UHGV virus genome: UHGV-0115522
Direction: 5' to 3' (one strand)
Source of the DNA: a virus
DNA length: 34,277 bases
Shown: positions 10,101 through 21,676 of the stretch, in pieces
Position numbering within the stretch: position 1 is the stretch's first letter
How the letters are laid out: each line of letters starts with the position of its first letter
Notes under the pieces: model-generated
The model's database searches: none
What the model was told of the DNA's origin: nothing
What the model saw: only the letters and a program-made list of their open reading frames with translations
Position numbers and translations under genes: made by a program

Positions 10101-11200
10101 GCGTACTCCGGCAGGAAACGATAGGTGATCCGGCGATAGTACAGGTCCATGTCAGTACATACGCGGTCCATATCCCTGATTATTGAGAAGATCGGACGGG
10201 CTTTCTCGTGCTCAATCACTCCGTCTTCATCGACCGAGGTCGTTACGCCATTGTTGGCTTTGGCCACCGCTTCCGCCTGCTGGCGTAATTCTTCATACGC
10301 CGCCAGTTGTTCTTCAGTAAGTGGTGCATCCTGCTGGTGTTCGTCCAGTTCCGGGATCTCCACGGTATCCTTAACGTCTTCCGCCGTTTTAAGCGTTGTC
10401 CAGCGATGGAATATGCCGCGCAGCGCATCAAGGTTTTCAAAGCCCACCAGCGCCATTTTTTCTTCAACTTCACCGCTGATTTTCTGTACCGTTTCCAGCC
10501 TGGTCTTGCCGAAGAATTTAACGAAGTCATCAGGACCGTAGATCCCCATCTTCTGCCAGTATTCCTTCGGCAGCACATGAGAAAGCATGTTGTATGCATC
10601 GATCGGGGTGTTAACGACTGGCGTTGCAGTCAGGAGAACCGGTCCGCGCCCACCATTCTTTTTCATCAGGTACGCGTTTTTAATTGCCATATCCCGCGCC
10701 GATTGCGCCACCGCGCTGGTGGGCAGATAGGCCAGTTGTGACGCTTCGCGACCATTTTTATAGCTATTGCGGTAGTTGTGACCTTCGTCAGCGATCACAC
10801 TATCGAAGCCCATATCCTCAAAGTACGGATACTTCTCTGCTTTTTCGGTACCGGTATCTGAATACTCCGACAATACCCGGCGACGCGCGGCCTCTTTGCG
10901 GTGGGAGTCGGAGTCCATTGCGCTGGCTACGCGCCCGGCGGCAACGAAGTCATAAAGCATATCCTGTGCATGCTCATCTACGGTGTCATCACGTAGCGGA
11001 GTGCGGGCGTATTGTTCTTTGGTAAACACGACTGCACGGTAATTTGAGTGCGGGATCGCGTTCATCCGCGCCGTGATAGTGGCTTCATCTGCCAGTTTTA
11101 GGGCATCGCGCATAACTGGAGTGCCATCAGTACCAAGAACAGGAGCACCTCCCACGCTAACGCGCGGGCCCCGAATCTCACCGTTCTGAAACCACAACAA
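7175..11200 (-). CDS. DarB-like superfamily-2 helicase, apparently missing its 5' portion
   Basis: 1341-aa ORF with helicase motif II (VIADEGHNY), motif III (LLTATPVVN) and motif VI (QRNGRGARVG), but no Walker A (GxGKT) in the 135 aa before DEGH. Frame closes at 11207-11209 just upstream of a TTG start. Long C-terminal extension. Confidence 0.65.
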   Translation of the reverse strand: MLWFQNGEIRGPRVSVGGAPVLGTDGTPVMRDALKLADEATITARMNAIPHSNYRAVVFTKEQYARTPLRDDTVDEHAQDMLYDFVAAGRVASAMDSDSHRKEAARRRVLSEYSDTGTEKAEKYPYFEDMGFDSVIADEGHNYRNSYKNGREASQLAYLPTSAVAQSARDMAIKNAYLMKKNGGRGPVLLTATPVVNTPIDAYNMLSHVLPKEYWQKMGIYGPDDFVKFFGKTRLETVQKISGEVEEKMALVGFENLDALRGIFHRWTTLKTAEDVKDTVEIPELDEHQQDAPLTEEQLAAYEELRQQAEAVAKANNGVTTSVDEDGVIEHEKARPIFSIIRDMDRVCTDMDLYYRRITYRFLPEYADAVQQLADSLPKQATSEDDDSDDSITQQSQYSLIDKGEFIQLQVPEAFEQEVNKRLARFGIDEQTVTHPVTPKYAKLIATLKEFFPEGKQIIFTDEKTQHQKLKRIICNALNLEPSKVRILNAQTVAEAGKTGKKLKAVKPPKELPDEPTDAQIAKYNEQMALYDAYIAQQNEMSLGGLEKIAADFQEGRTPIIICNKKAEVGINLHRGTTDIHHLTLPWTPASVAQRNGRGARVGSNRASVRVHYYCGKGSFDEYRLKTLKRKAGWISDILRSDKSEMENADANDMIEMQMYTAKDDGERLAMMQVQMDKAKAAQRARQKEQAAIDLQNYIKAQHAAGEDVAALTAELERSKAELEKTTAEVAKFKQAVMAKAADNADWKARWGSVHHTDRTLLAHYRASLKSAIQRKANITQAISRYEKLLNRTQKAATDIKRLRPLVEDAINKGILDVDPDLVNHANEFLVIGDRSWRVGQYYDCAGDIVRIKSLDFDSQRADVEIIFTFKGTKSGNWDVKTLDKQVDVTPDEDAVMQKISGGVSIAGINDIISCDDFYRFQQRGMIKITDSYGVQTTESGYSIDFVGTYTDPLKHAVYQDRRDGALKSSIAKWVLGMMSEGNNRQVRLAEVFLTELFGSNYGEVIASYGDTLSPEAIQEKIADAIARMPEKTSQGATRNGDSELEVTNAIFGTHEFRASDYEITTAQFGTIGIYSNKDEIKQAMDAASARIAAERKANLNHAVAALTQSWVTAIREVATTGKITPAIADVVNDGSKFMDAYQMDAVQLPSAYGQLSYRMTYNLVSMFSDLAILGLVDLNEVTPELLSMRKNHVEILQRINTVLAGRTDEEKQADADRINLALGNITEEEIAARNEKQEELSSIQGDATSIAQSLGLNYRVSTADLKMMYAPKFAAGEVFGLQEASGMKGVLFRAKDAIKKKFGARWLPAKAKNSDFPGNWWIIETKHNVADVLAVIQQYA

Positions 11201-11209
11201 AAAAAATCA

Positions 11210-11720
11210 GGAATAAAAAACACCACACAAACACAGCACTGTACCCCCCCTCATAACTGAAAAGCGCCGCCGCCCCCGCCCGAAGGGCGGGAACAACATC
11301 GCTTTTAATTATGAATGTTGTAAGTACATTGTCATCGCTGTCAGTCTTCTGGCTGGAAGTCCTCAGTACACGCTCGTAAGCGGCCCTCACGGCCCGCTAA
11401 CGCGGAGATACGCCCCGACTTCGGGTACACCCTCGTCGGGACCACTCCGACCGCGCATAAAGGCTCTGTCATGGCTGAAAACGGGTATGGCTTAGCAGGG
11501 CCGGGGGTGGGTAAGGTGAAATCTATCAGTCAGTACCGGCTTACGCCGGGCTTCGGCGGTTTTACTCCGGTATCATATGAAACAACAGAGTGCCGCCTTC
11601 CATGCCGCTGGCGCGGCATCAGGACAATTGAAGAGTGACGGCGCACATTAACATCAAACAGACTTGTTAAGCAGTCTTTCAGGGTGTAATCTGAAGACCT
11701 GTTAAATAGTCTCAGAGGTG
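11210..11720. other. GC-rich, hairpin-dense noncoding segment at the darB break
   Basis: No convincing ORF. Perfect hairpin cccgccc-gaag-ggcggg (about 11276-11292), cccgac/gtcggg (about 11414-11440), atgccgc-tggc-gcggcat (about 11592-11609) and a near-palindrome cagtctttcag/ctgaagacctg just upstream of stbD. Confidence 0.3.
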
Positions 11721-11724
11721 TGTT

Positions 11725-11976
11725 ATGCCCAGTATCATTTTGTCTGACACCAGTGCAAGCGTCAGTGAGCTGAAAAAAAATCCGATGGCAACTGTCAGTG
11801 CCGGAGAGGGGTATCCTGTTGCCATTCTTAACCGGAATCAGCCAGCATTCTACTGTGTCCCTGCTGAGCTCTATGAAAGAATGCTTGATGCCTTGGATGA
11901 CCAGGAGCTGGTAAAACTGGTTACTGAACGCAGCAGTCAGCCTCTGCATGATGTGGACCTGGACAGTTATTTATGA
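11725..11976 (+). CDS. stbD: RelB/StbD-family antitoxin
   Basis: 83 aa (MPSIILSDTSASVSELKKNPMATVSAGEGYPVAILNRNQPAFYCVPAELYERMLDALDDQELVKL...) matches plasmid StbD antitoxins from memory; overlaps the toxin gene by 4 nt (ATGA). Confidence 0.85.
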   Translation: MPSIILSDTSASVSELKKNPMATVSAGEGYPVAILNRNQPAFYCVPAELYERMLDALDDQELVKLVTERSSQPLHDVDLDSYL

Positions 11977-12260
11977 CTTATACAGTAAAATTCCGGGATG
12001 ATGCACTGAAAGAATGGCTCAGACTGGACAAGACCATTCAGCAGCAGTTCGCAAAAAAACTGAAAAAATGCAGTGAAAATCCTCATATAGCTTCTGCAAA
12101 ACTACGTGGATTAAAGGACTGCTATAAAATCAAACTTCGCGCATCAGGTTTTCGTCTGGTTTATCAGATTATTGATGATATGTTAATTATTGCGGTCGTC
12201 GCAGTAGGTAAACGTGAACGCAGCAACGTTTATCATCTCGCCAGTGAACGGATGAAATAA
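11973..12260 (+). CDS. stbE: RelE/StbE-family toxin (mRNA interferase)
   Basis: 95 aa (MTYTVKFRDDALKEWLRLDKTIQQQFAKKLKKCSENPHIASAKLRGLKDCYKIKLRASGFRLVYQIIDDMLIIAVVAVGKRERSNVY) with RelE/ParE-fold hallmarks; coupled to the antitoxin. Confidence 0.85.
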   Translation: MTYTVKFRDDALKEWLRLDKTIQQQFAKKLKKCSENPHIASAKLRGLKDCYKIKLRASGFRLVYQIIDDMLIIAVVAVGKRERSNVYHLASERMK

Positions 12261-13119
12261 TATCCTGGTCAGCACTCTTTCTTACCTGCTTCCATTTTTT
12301 CAGTGATTCTTTTCCTGCATGCAGAAAAAAAGCCTACCCTGTGGGCAGGCATAACAGACAATCGCACAGTCAGTGTTGAAATTAATGATGTCACGCATTA
12401 TACCCGGTGGATACACAAACCATCCCTGCAAATGCATTGGCATCCTAATCAACGTCTGAAACAACTGCAATGGCCGGACCTGTGATTTCAGAGAAAGTTA
12501 TTATGTTTATTGAATATAACCGAAGTGATAAATAAAAGTATTATCACCTTTAATATTTATGCTTATTGCGTGGTTTTATCTGGTTATATAAAGCACAGAT
12601 GTTCTTATTATTTTCTGAAAAATAACCATATGGATCGATTTCCCCCACCCAGCCGAAGCGGTTCGGCTCGTTCGGCGTATCGTCGACACTGAAGCGCTTA
12701 TCCATTTCGTTCCAGCGGTAAGAGTTGTCGCTGTCGCTGACGAATGCCATCGGGTCGCTAAACAGCGTGATCCGCCATGCGATCAAAAAGCGTAAGTGTT
12801 TCCGACAGACGAGCCGGTGAAAAAAGTGGTGTGTCTGGCAATACAGGCATCGTCCCCGAAATGGACGATGCCGTTGAAGGACTGGGGTATGGCAATAAGC
12901 CGCTTTATTATCGGATTCAGTGACCGCCTGGACGGTTACTTTTGAGAAAAGGCATTTACACACAATCCTAAACAGACTCCTATATTTCAGATTTTGTTAT
13001 CAACGCATTTCAAATCTCTTAGAAATCATTACTGTCGTCATATTTTCCGAGGCAGCTCACCACCTAACTATGTCTTATCAACAATATTTTGTGAAGGATA
13101 TTTATAATGTAAAGACACA

Positions 13120-16100
13120 TCAGAAACGATATTCCACACTCAACATGGCAGATGTATTATGGTATCCATGTTCTCCAAGTTGAATGCCTGCATCAGCCCG
13201 GAATGCTACTTCTGGTGTTATCATTCCCACAACACCACCATTTATTTCTCCGATATCACGCGCACCATCCTGGTATATACTTACACCATTCATACTGGTG
13301 CCGAAAACACGACTATTGTGCAACCAGTGTGCCTCCACAAATGGTCTGAACGGAACCGCATACCGCGTATTTTTACCGTTTTTGCTGGTAAGCCATGTTC
13401 TTGCTCCCAGGCGGGTGAGAATATTTCCGTTACCGGTATTTTCAATACTGGTTCCGTTACTTTCATGATATTTGTCTGATTTTACATTCATCCGGACAAC
13501 CTGAAGCTGCGGCTGAACATACCATTCATGACTTCCCTTGTAATTGTCGGTAAACTCTCCAGCCTTCCATGAATATCCTGCTTCCAGAGATACCGTAAAC
13601 CCTTTTGACTTCCATGACTCAGCAGGCAGCCGTTCTCCATTTATATGATTATCAAACCAGCTGTATTGCAGCCAGCTATCAAGATAAGAACCATTGTGTG
13701 TTTCATCATTGGCATACCATGTTGCATAAAGACCCGCTGTGTATCCATTCATTCTTCCTTCCGAATGGTATCCGGTGCTCAGGGCATTCGTACTGTTATT
13801 ATTATGACCATAGCCAGCCATCATACCTGTATGCCAGCGATCGGTACCATTCAGGCTCCACTGAGCTATATCTCCCCCTATTAACACAACGTAGCTATTC
13901 CCCCGGGTTCTCAGCTGACTACTGTTGTCACGCCAGCGATTATGTTTTCCTTTATTATACATCCAGATACCTGCTTCATTTTCTTCTCCTGTCATGTGGC
14001 TGATATACAACTCCTGTCCCTGTCGTTCATACAGATTCGTTACAAACAGATTATTTGCAGCAGCAATACTGGCAACATAGCTACCTGCCTCAGGACGCAA
14101 ATTATTATCATGGCTTTCCGGTACAGCTTCAGGTTGTGGTACAGGAATGTCTTTTCTGCTAATCAGATACCAGTTAGTGCTGTTAATCCCCTGACCACGT
14201 TTCAGTATGTAATCATAAGCTCCGGCTGTAATACGTTCCGTCTGAATGAATTCAGCATTATCAGCATTGCCACTGACGTGAATCACTTCAATCCCATTAA
14301 GTGTCTCTGCACCAGTACCACCGGCCTGAGTAACAGCGACACGGGTACGGCCACTGGCATTACCTTTAATCACCAGACGATCTGTTTTCGAATTGTCACC
14401 ACCTGTTTCTGTCTGGAGGAGAATAAGTCCATTTCTGCCAGTGTAATTCCCTCCGACAGTCAGTATATTACCCGGCATATATGTAGTGAGATCGACTATA
14501 CCACTATTGCTCAGATTTCCTGCAACGCCCCCAAACCCGGAGAGTTTGCCCTGCTCTTCAACAATGACCTGGTTACTGCCGAGCATCACCGGTGAATCTG
14601 CGTTCCCCAGTATCACTGTCCCCTGAATAATATCTGTCATCCCGGTCCATTTTGCGTTATCGCTAATGTTCAGTGCACCTGCTCCCGTCTTGCGAACATT
14701 ACCATAACCACTGATATTGTTGGTAAGCTGCCATGCTGATGTACTGTTCAGAGTTAATGTGCCATAGTTATCAACAAAGGCTGTCCCCAGATTATCAGCC
14801 GTGGATACAGCCAAATGAGCCCCCTTATTCACGGTAAAAACACCGGAAAAATTACGATTATTACCCGTTATATCAAGCATTCCCCCATTTATGTTCAGAG
14901 AACCATCCCCTGCAATAGTACCTGCAGATTCTCCTCCATTATTCAGTATCAGGCTTCCGCCATGAATGTTCAGCACAGAGCCTGCAGCCGTCAGTAGTTT
15001 GCTTATTGTCTGAGGATACCCATTCATATCCAGTTCTGCGCCACGGGATAAATATAAATACTCAGTCCGACCAAGAGCATCAGGTGCAGCAAGAATTAAT
15101 ACGCCAGATTTAACCTCTGTATTTCCTGTATAATTGTTTGTTGCAGAAAGTATAAGAGTACCATTACCTGATTTTGTCAGACTTTTGCCGTCCCAGCCAT
15201 CATATAATAAAGGTGAAAGATTATCGGAAAGAGAAACGCCTATGTTCAGAGTGGCATCTTTTTCTATATTAAAGGTTCCATATCCCATCCCTTTTGTATT
15301 ATTCCATCTCAGCATGGATATCAGTTTGTTATCGTCGTCATTTAAAGACGTATAAACATAACTTTCAGCACCTTCTGTCAGTAATGCATTGTATTGTACA
15401 ATGTGACTATTATCAGCGATCGAGATACCTGTGTCTGACGACAATAATGTGTAATAGTCCTGAGTCCAGTTCTTAATTGATGTGTCTATATTAAGCCATG
15501 AATCACTTTTTAATGTAATAGTATTTGCGTGAACATTAGCATTTCCTACAGACAGGTTCATAGATGCGTCTTCATCAATACTTATATTTCCGTTAAAAAT
15601 GGAGTTCTTGCCTGACAGATAAACAGATGAGCCATTCCCAATCATTAGCCCACCATTAATTGCTGTTGCGTTATTGATGTTTTTAATAATTAATTCATTT
15701 GTACCATTAACAGGTATACTAGCTAGTTTAATATCACCATTAATCACAGAATCTGAATAAATATCTAATGAATTATACCCGCCAGAAAAAATTATTGATG
15801 TATTATAAGCATCTTTTTGGCTATTATATAATCCTGAAAGATTACCATGATTACTAATATGGATATCTTCTCCATAAACAGAGCAACCACCGTCGGGGCC
15901 ATATCCCCCCTGAACAATACCGTTATTATTCAAAGTGATTTGATTTCCAGAAATAGCATCTCCCCCTTGTTTTATTCCATATCCTCCAGATATCATGTTG
16001 CCGTTAGTAATGAAAAGATTACTACCATTAATACCATCACCACCGTTTACGCCATTACCGCCCAATATTCCTCCGGAATTATGCACTGTAATATTGCTAC

Positions 16101-16617
16101 CGGTTACACCGGAACCACCTGTCCCACCTACATCATCACCTCCGTATATACTTCTGTAATTATCAACTATAATATCATCCCCGCTTAACCCTGCACCTCC
16201 GCTACTTCCTGAGCCACCAAGACCATTACCCCCATATACATTTCTGTAATTGTTTATAGATATTTTGTTGCCACTAACAGCAATTCCACCATTATATCCA
16301 TCGCCTCCCCAAACACTACCATTATTATTTAGCGTAAAGTTTTCACCGTAGACACCTGCACCACCGATTGATGTATTGCTTGTTCCTCCTTTGATGTTAA
16401 TACTGCTTTCAACAGATAGTATATTTTGAGTATAACTTGTTTTATACGGCACGCTGATATTAAGCGCCGCGTTTCCATCAACACCTGTAATACTCCTGGT
16501 TATACTTTCAGGTATACCATTACCATTCAGTTGTATTGTTTGCGCACCAGAAAAATGAGACTGCACAGAATAAATTATACTGACCAGAAATTGTAAAATT
16601 CGTATATTCTTATTCAT
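13120..16617 (-). CDS. Autotransporter (type Va) with AIDA/pertactin-like glycine-rich passenger and C-terminal beta-barrel
   Basis: 1165 aa. N-terminal signal peptide (MNKNIRILQFLVSIIYSVQSHFSGAQT), long passenger with reiterated GG-x-G-x-NG-type repeats, and a C-terminus ending ...SAMLSVEYRF typical of outer-membrane barrel closure. AT-rich. Confidence 0.85.
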   Translation of the reverse strand: MNKNIRILQFLVSIIYSVQSHFSGAQTIQLNGNGIPESITRSITGVDGNAALNISVPYKTSYTQNILSVESSINIKGGTSNTSIGGAGVYGENFTLNNNGSVWGGDGYNGGIAVSGNKISINNYRNVYGGNGLGGSGSSGGAGLSGDDIIVDNYRSIYGGDDVGGTGGSGVTGSNITVHNSGGILGGNGVNGGDGINGSNLFITNGNMISGGYGIKQGGDAISGNQITLNNNGIVQGGYGPDGGCSVYGEDIHISNHGNLSGLYNSQKDAYNTSIIFSGGYNSLDIYSDSVINGDIKLASIPVNGTNELIIKNINNATAINGGLMIGNGSSVYLSGKNSIFNGNISIDEDASMNLSVGNANVHANTITLKSDSWLNIDTSIKNWTQDYYTLLSSDTGISIADNSHIVQYNALLTEGAESYVYTSLNDDDNKLISMLRWNNTKGMGYGTFNIEKDATLNIGVSLSDNLSPLLYDGWDGKSLTKSGNGTLILSATNNYTGNTEVKSGVLILAAPDALGRTEYLYLSRGAELDMNGYPQTISKLLTAAGSVLNIHGGSLILNNGGESAGTIAGDGSLNINGGMLDITGNNRNFSGVFTVNKGAHLAVSTADNLGTAFVDNYGTLTLNSTSAWQLTNNISGYGNVRKTGAGALNISDNAKWTGMTDIIQGTVILGNADSPVMLGSNQVIVEEQGKLSGFGGVAGNLSNSGIVDLTTYMPGNILTVGGNYTGRNGLILLQTETGGDNSKTDRLVIKGNASGRTRVAVTQAGGTGAETLNGIEVIHVSGNADNAEFIQTERITAGAYDYILKRGQGINSTNWYLISRKDIPVPQPEAVPESHDNNLRPEAGSYVASIAAANNLFVTNLYERQGQELYISHMTGEENEAGIWMYNKGKHNRWRDNSSQLRTRGNSYVVLIGGDIAQWSLNGTDRWHTGMMAGYGHNNNSTNALSTGYHSEGRMNGYTAGLYATWYANDETHNGSYLDSWLQYSWFDNHINGERLPAESWKSKGFTVSLEAGYSWKAGEFTDNYKGSHEWYVQPQLQVVRMNVKSDKYHESNGTSIENTGNGNILTRLGARTWLTSKNGKNTRYAVPFRPFVEAHWLHNSRVFGTSMNGVSIYQDGARDIGEINGGVVGMITPEVAFRADAGIQLGEHGYHNTSAMLSVEYRF

Positions 16618-17201
16618 ACTGTTTTTTCTTTAGTGATGCATTTTTTATCAACCATACAAGCACATTATTTCATTGATACTAATCACATCAGGATGAATGT
16701 TTTTTCTCAATAGAAATAAGTGTCTTTATTTCTTACCAATTTATTCTGGTTATTCCTCTTATCCAGACGTCTCGTGATACTCCCTGTATTTATTATAGAG
16801 TATATATATGTACTGCGTTTAAATCATGAAGACGACAACCTGTTTTACATAAATTATTCCTAAGTATTTTTCCAGAGAAGACCTAGGTATAATGATGTGC
16901 ACTGTCTGGTTTTCTTACAACTGACTTAGCGATCTGCATATCCGTGATAACGCCTGAATAAATAGGACGAGAGAACTCTTAACCAAATAATCTAACACTT
17001 TTAATCGACAGGAATTAAAAACCCGGGGAGGTTAAAAAAACACAAAAAAATGGATGTTTATTCAACTCTGGTTACGTACCATGAGGACTGCATCCACAAT
17101 GCACCGGCAATTAAATGGCTTTCATTGATTGATTTTTTATATCTGTGATGATTTTTTGCTCCATTCCTCAAAAAATGGACGCAACTTCCCCTCTGCGGCT
17201 C

Positions 17202-17555
17202 TCAGCTGTATACCCGCTGTCGTGCCAGTGGCTCATGCATCATGACCAGCTCTGCCAGACGGTAGCCCCGCTTCAGCCCCGTAAACCGCATCTGACCTCC
17301 GCACAGGATGCACTTCAGCGGGTCAACCTTCAGTAACCGCTGATACACCCTTCTCCGCCTGATTTGCATCGCCGTTTTTCTCTCCGTTTCTGTTATGACG
17401 TACACAACATTTTCCAGTAACCGGCGCTTCACCGGACTCAGGAACCCGTTGTCAACGCCACGATGTTTGACCGTTCTGGGGATGCGGACGATTTCCTGGA
17501 CTGCTTTATCATTCCAGCCCGCATTGTTGGCGGTACATTTTGGGGCTGACTGCAC
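17202..17555 (-). CDS. C-terminal fragment of an unidentified gene cut by the adjacent IS (possible transposase remnant)
   Basis: 117-aa ORF whose 5' end overlaps the end of the IS3-family transposase. Contains CILCGG; family not recognised. Confidence 0.25.
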   Translation of the reverse strand: MQSAPKCTANNAGWNDKAVQEIVRIPRTVKHRGVDNGFLSPVKRRLLENVVYVITETERKTAMQIRRRRVYQRLLKVDPLKCILCGGQMRFTGLKRGYRLAELVMMHEPLARQRVYS

Positions 17556-19043
17556 CCGGCGATAATTTTATACGCCGCTCGTTATACCATCTGATGTAAG
17601 TATCCACTTGCTGCATGAACTTTTCTGGCGTGATGCCCGACCATTTACGCCCATAATACATTTCCGTTTTCAGTCTGCCGAAAAAGCCTTCGCATGCCGC
17701 ATTATCAGGTGAACATCCTTTGCGGGACATTGAGCGAATAAGACCTTCTGCATTCACTCTTTCCAGCCAGCCTGACCAGCGATAATGCCCACCTCTGTCA
17801 CTGTGTATCACCGGTCGTTCACCAGCATTTAACGTTTCGACAGCGCTATCCAGCATAGTGTTGACCAGTTCAGCATCGGGGCGTGTACTGAGAGACCAGC
17901 TCACAACTTTTCCATCGAAGCAGTCCACCACCGATGATAGCCAGACTTTACCTGCAGGGAGGTGGAACTCCGTGATATCTGTCAGCTATTTCTGATTAGG
18001 TTGCTCCGCCTTAAAATCTCTGGCGATAAGGTTATCCGGAGCCGGTCCGATTTCTCCGCAATATGAGCTGTAGCGGCGACGACGGTTACGGCTGACGACA
18101 AGCTGTTCTTCCACCATAAGTCTGCGTACAACCTTTTCTGATAGCCGCCCCCCCCCTCATGCCTGAGCATCGCATGCAGGCGACGATAGCCATAACACTG
18201 GTAATTACTGTTAAATATATCTGTCAGCATCGTACGTATCGTGGCGTATTTATCACCGGCTTTCAGTGCAGCCCGGTGATAAAAATAACTGCTACGGGCA
18301 AGGCCCAGAACATGCAGTAATTCTGTCAGGGGATATGTTTGTCTCAGGGCATCAGCGATCTTCGTTTTCTCTCTGTTGTTCAGGTGACTGATACTGATGC
18401 CCGGGTCTTTTTTTATGATTTCCTCCGCCTTTTTCAGAATATCCAGCTCCATCTGCCGGCGGCGTATTTCCTGATTCAGTCGGGCGACTTCCTCCCGCAA
18501 CGCATCGCGTTCTGCCTCCAGGGAAGGTTCGTTATGTTTACGCATAGTCTGGTAAGCACTGTTGCCGATAATTTTATCTTTCCATTTATACAATACCGCA
18601 CGACTGACACCAATACGCCTGGCGATTTCACTGGCTGATACTTGTCGTGTACAGAGTGCCATGACAGCCTGACGTTTGACTTCTGGTTCAAAGGGCGCAA
18701 CCGGGTTGGCCTTACTGGTAAATATACGTCGTCTGTCGGGATAAAGTTCATTAACCCAGCGAGCGAGTACATCAGTGCAGGGATAACCCAGGGCTCTGCT
18801 GGTAAACGCCAGGCAGCAGCCGTGGTTAAGATAATGTTCAACGGCAACCTGTTTTTGCTCATCGGAGTAACGGTGCTTATGACGAATGGATTCTTTTGCG
18901 CCACCACCTGCTTCCCATGAGCGGATCCAACGCCGCAGATTTCTTTTCGAAGGGTAGCCCAGTTCGCGTACGACGGGAGCCAGCTTCTTACCATATTTGA
19001 AATAAAGCTCAATGGCGCGGATTTTTTCTTCTTCAGTAAACAT
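17509..19043 (-). pseudogene. IS3-family transposase (OrfA-OrfB), disrupted
   Basis: ORF 17982-19043 has two HTH modules plus the OrfB N-terminus; ORF 17509-17931 has the DDE-integrase C-terminal part (HSDRGGHY...SPDNAACEGFF...WYNERR) in another frame. A 9-nt C homopolymer (18148-18156, G9 on the coding strand) lies in between. Confidence 0.65.
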
Positions 19044-19095
19044 GTTTTATCTCCTGAGAGTCCAGGAAATCGTCCGCATCCCCATTTACCGTCTT
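17509..19095 (-). mobile_element. IS3-family insertion sequence, degraded
   Basis: Boundaries approximate, set from the extent of the transposase ORFs and the start of the adjacent IS911-like element. Confidence 0.5.
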
Positions 19096-19108
19096 ATATC
19101 TGTAGTGG

Positions 19109-21229
<2,121 letters not shown>

Positions 21230-21492
21230 GTAGCCTTTTTTAATATTTCATTTTCCATTTCAATACGTTGTAGCTTTTTCCTGAGCTCACGGATTTCAAT
21301 TTGTTCCGGGGTAATGGGGGAGGCTTTTGGTGTTTTTCCCTGCCGCTCATCACGTAATTGTTTCACCCATCGCGTCATTGTGGAAAGGCCGACATCCATA
21401 GCGCTGGCTGCATCTGCCACGGTGTAATTCTGGTCAACGACCAGTTGAGCGGATTCGCGTTTAAACTCTGCGCTGAAATTTCTTTTTTTCAT
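21230..21492 (-). pseudogene. IS911-like OrfA, interrupted by IS30 near its 3' end
   Basis: Starts [88 protein letters not shown], then runs into IS30. Removing IS30 and one GT copy restores ...[16 protein letters not shown]-stop using 19955-20008. Confidence 0.8.
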
Positions 21493-21676
21493 TATGGCAC
21501 CTGTGTTGTTCTGAGGTGAGCATATCACCTCTGTTCAGGTGGCCAAATTCAGTAAACCACTTCAGAGGGAAACGTTCAAAAGCAACCGCCGGGAAAATGA
21601 AGGCTGAAGGGCAGAAAAAAGGTTACCCGATGTTAAAGAACGTGAGGTCAGAGACGGCGTTCTGTGCTTCCGTCGT

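Noticed and set aside
7772-11025. Plus- and minus-strand ORFs nested in the DarB-like gene (for example 8101-8391, 10149-10541, 10243-10599, 10684-11025)
   Set aside because: Embedded within a long ORF that carries clear helicase motifs; alternative frames of a GC-balanced gene commonly stay open by chance.
11530-11949. 139-aa minus-strand ORF
   Set aside because: It runs antisense across the start and most of the stbD antitoxin gene and through the structured noncoding segment; no ribosome-binding site or motif. Treated as a chance ORF.
13159-16188. Many plus-strand ORFs (for example 13605-14003, 13942-14595, 15847-16188) inside the autotransporter locus
   Set aside because: All lie antisense within the 3.5-kb autotransporter gene and are products of its repetitive composition; none has an independent start signal.
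13120-16617. Reiterated short DNA motifs within the autotransporter, checked as a possible CRISPR-like or tandem-repeat array
   Set aside because: The repeats are irregular in length and spacing and sit in frame within one ORF encoding glycine-rich beta-helix repeats; no direct-repeat and spacer architecture. No CRISPR array, tRNA or rRNA was seen anywhere in the window.
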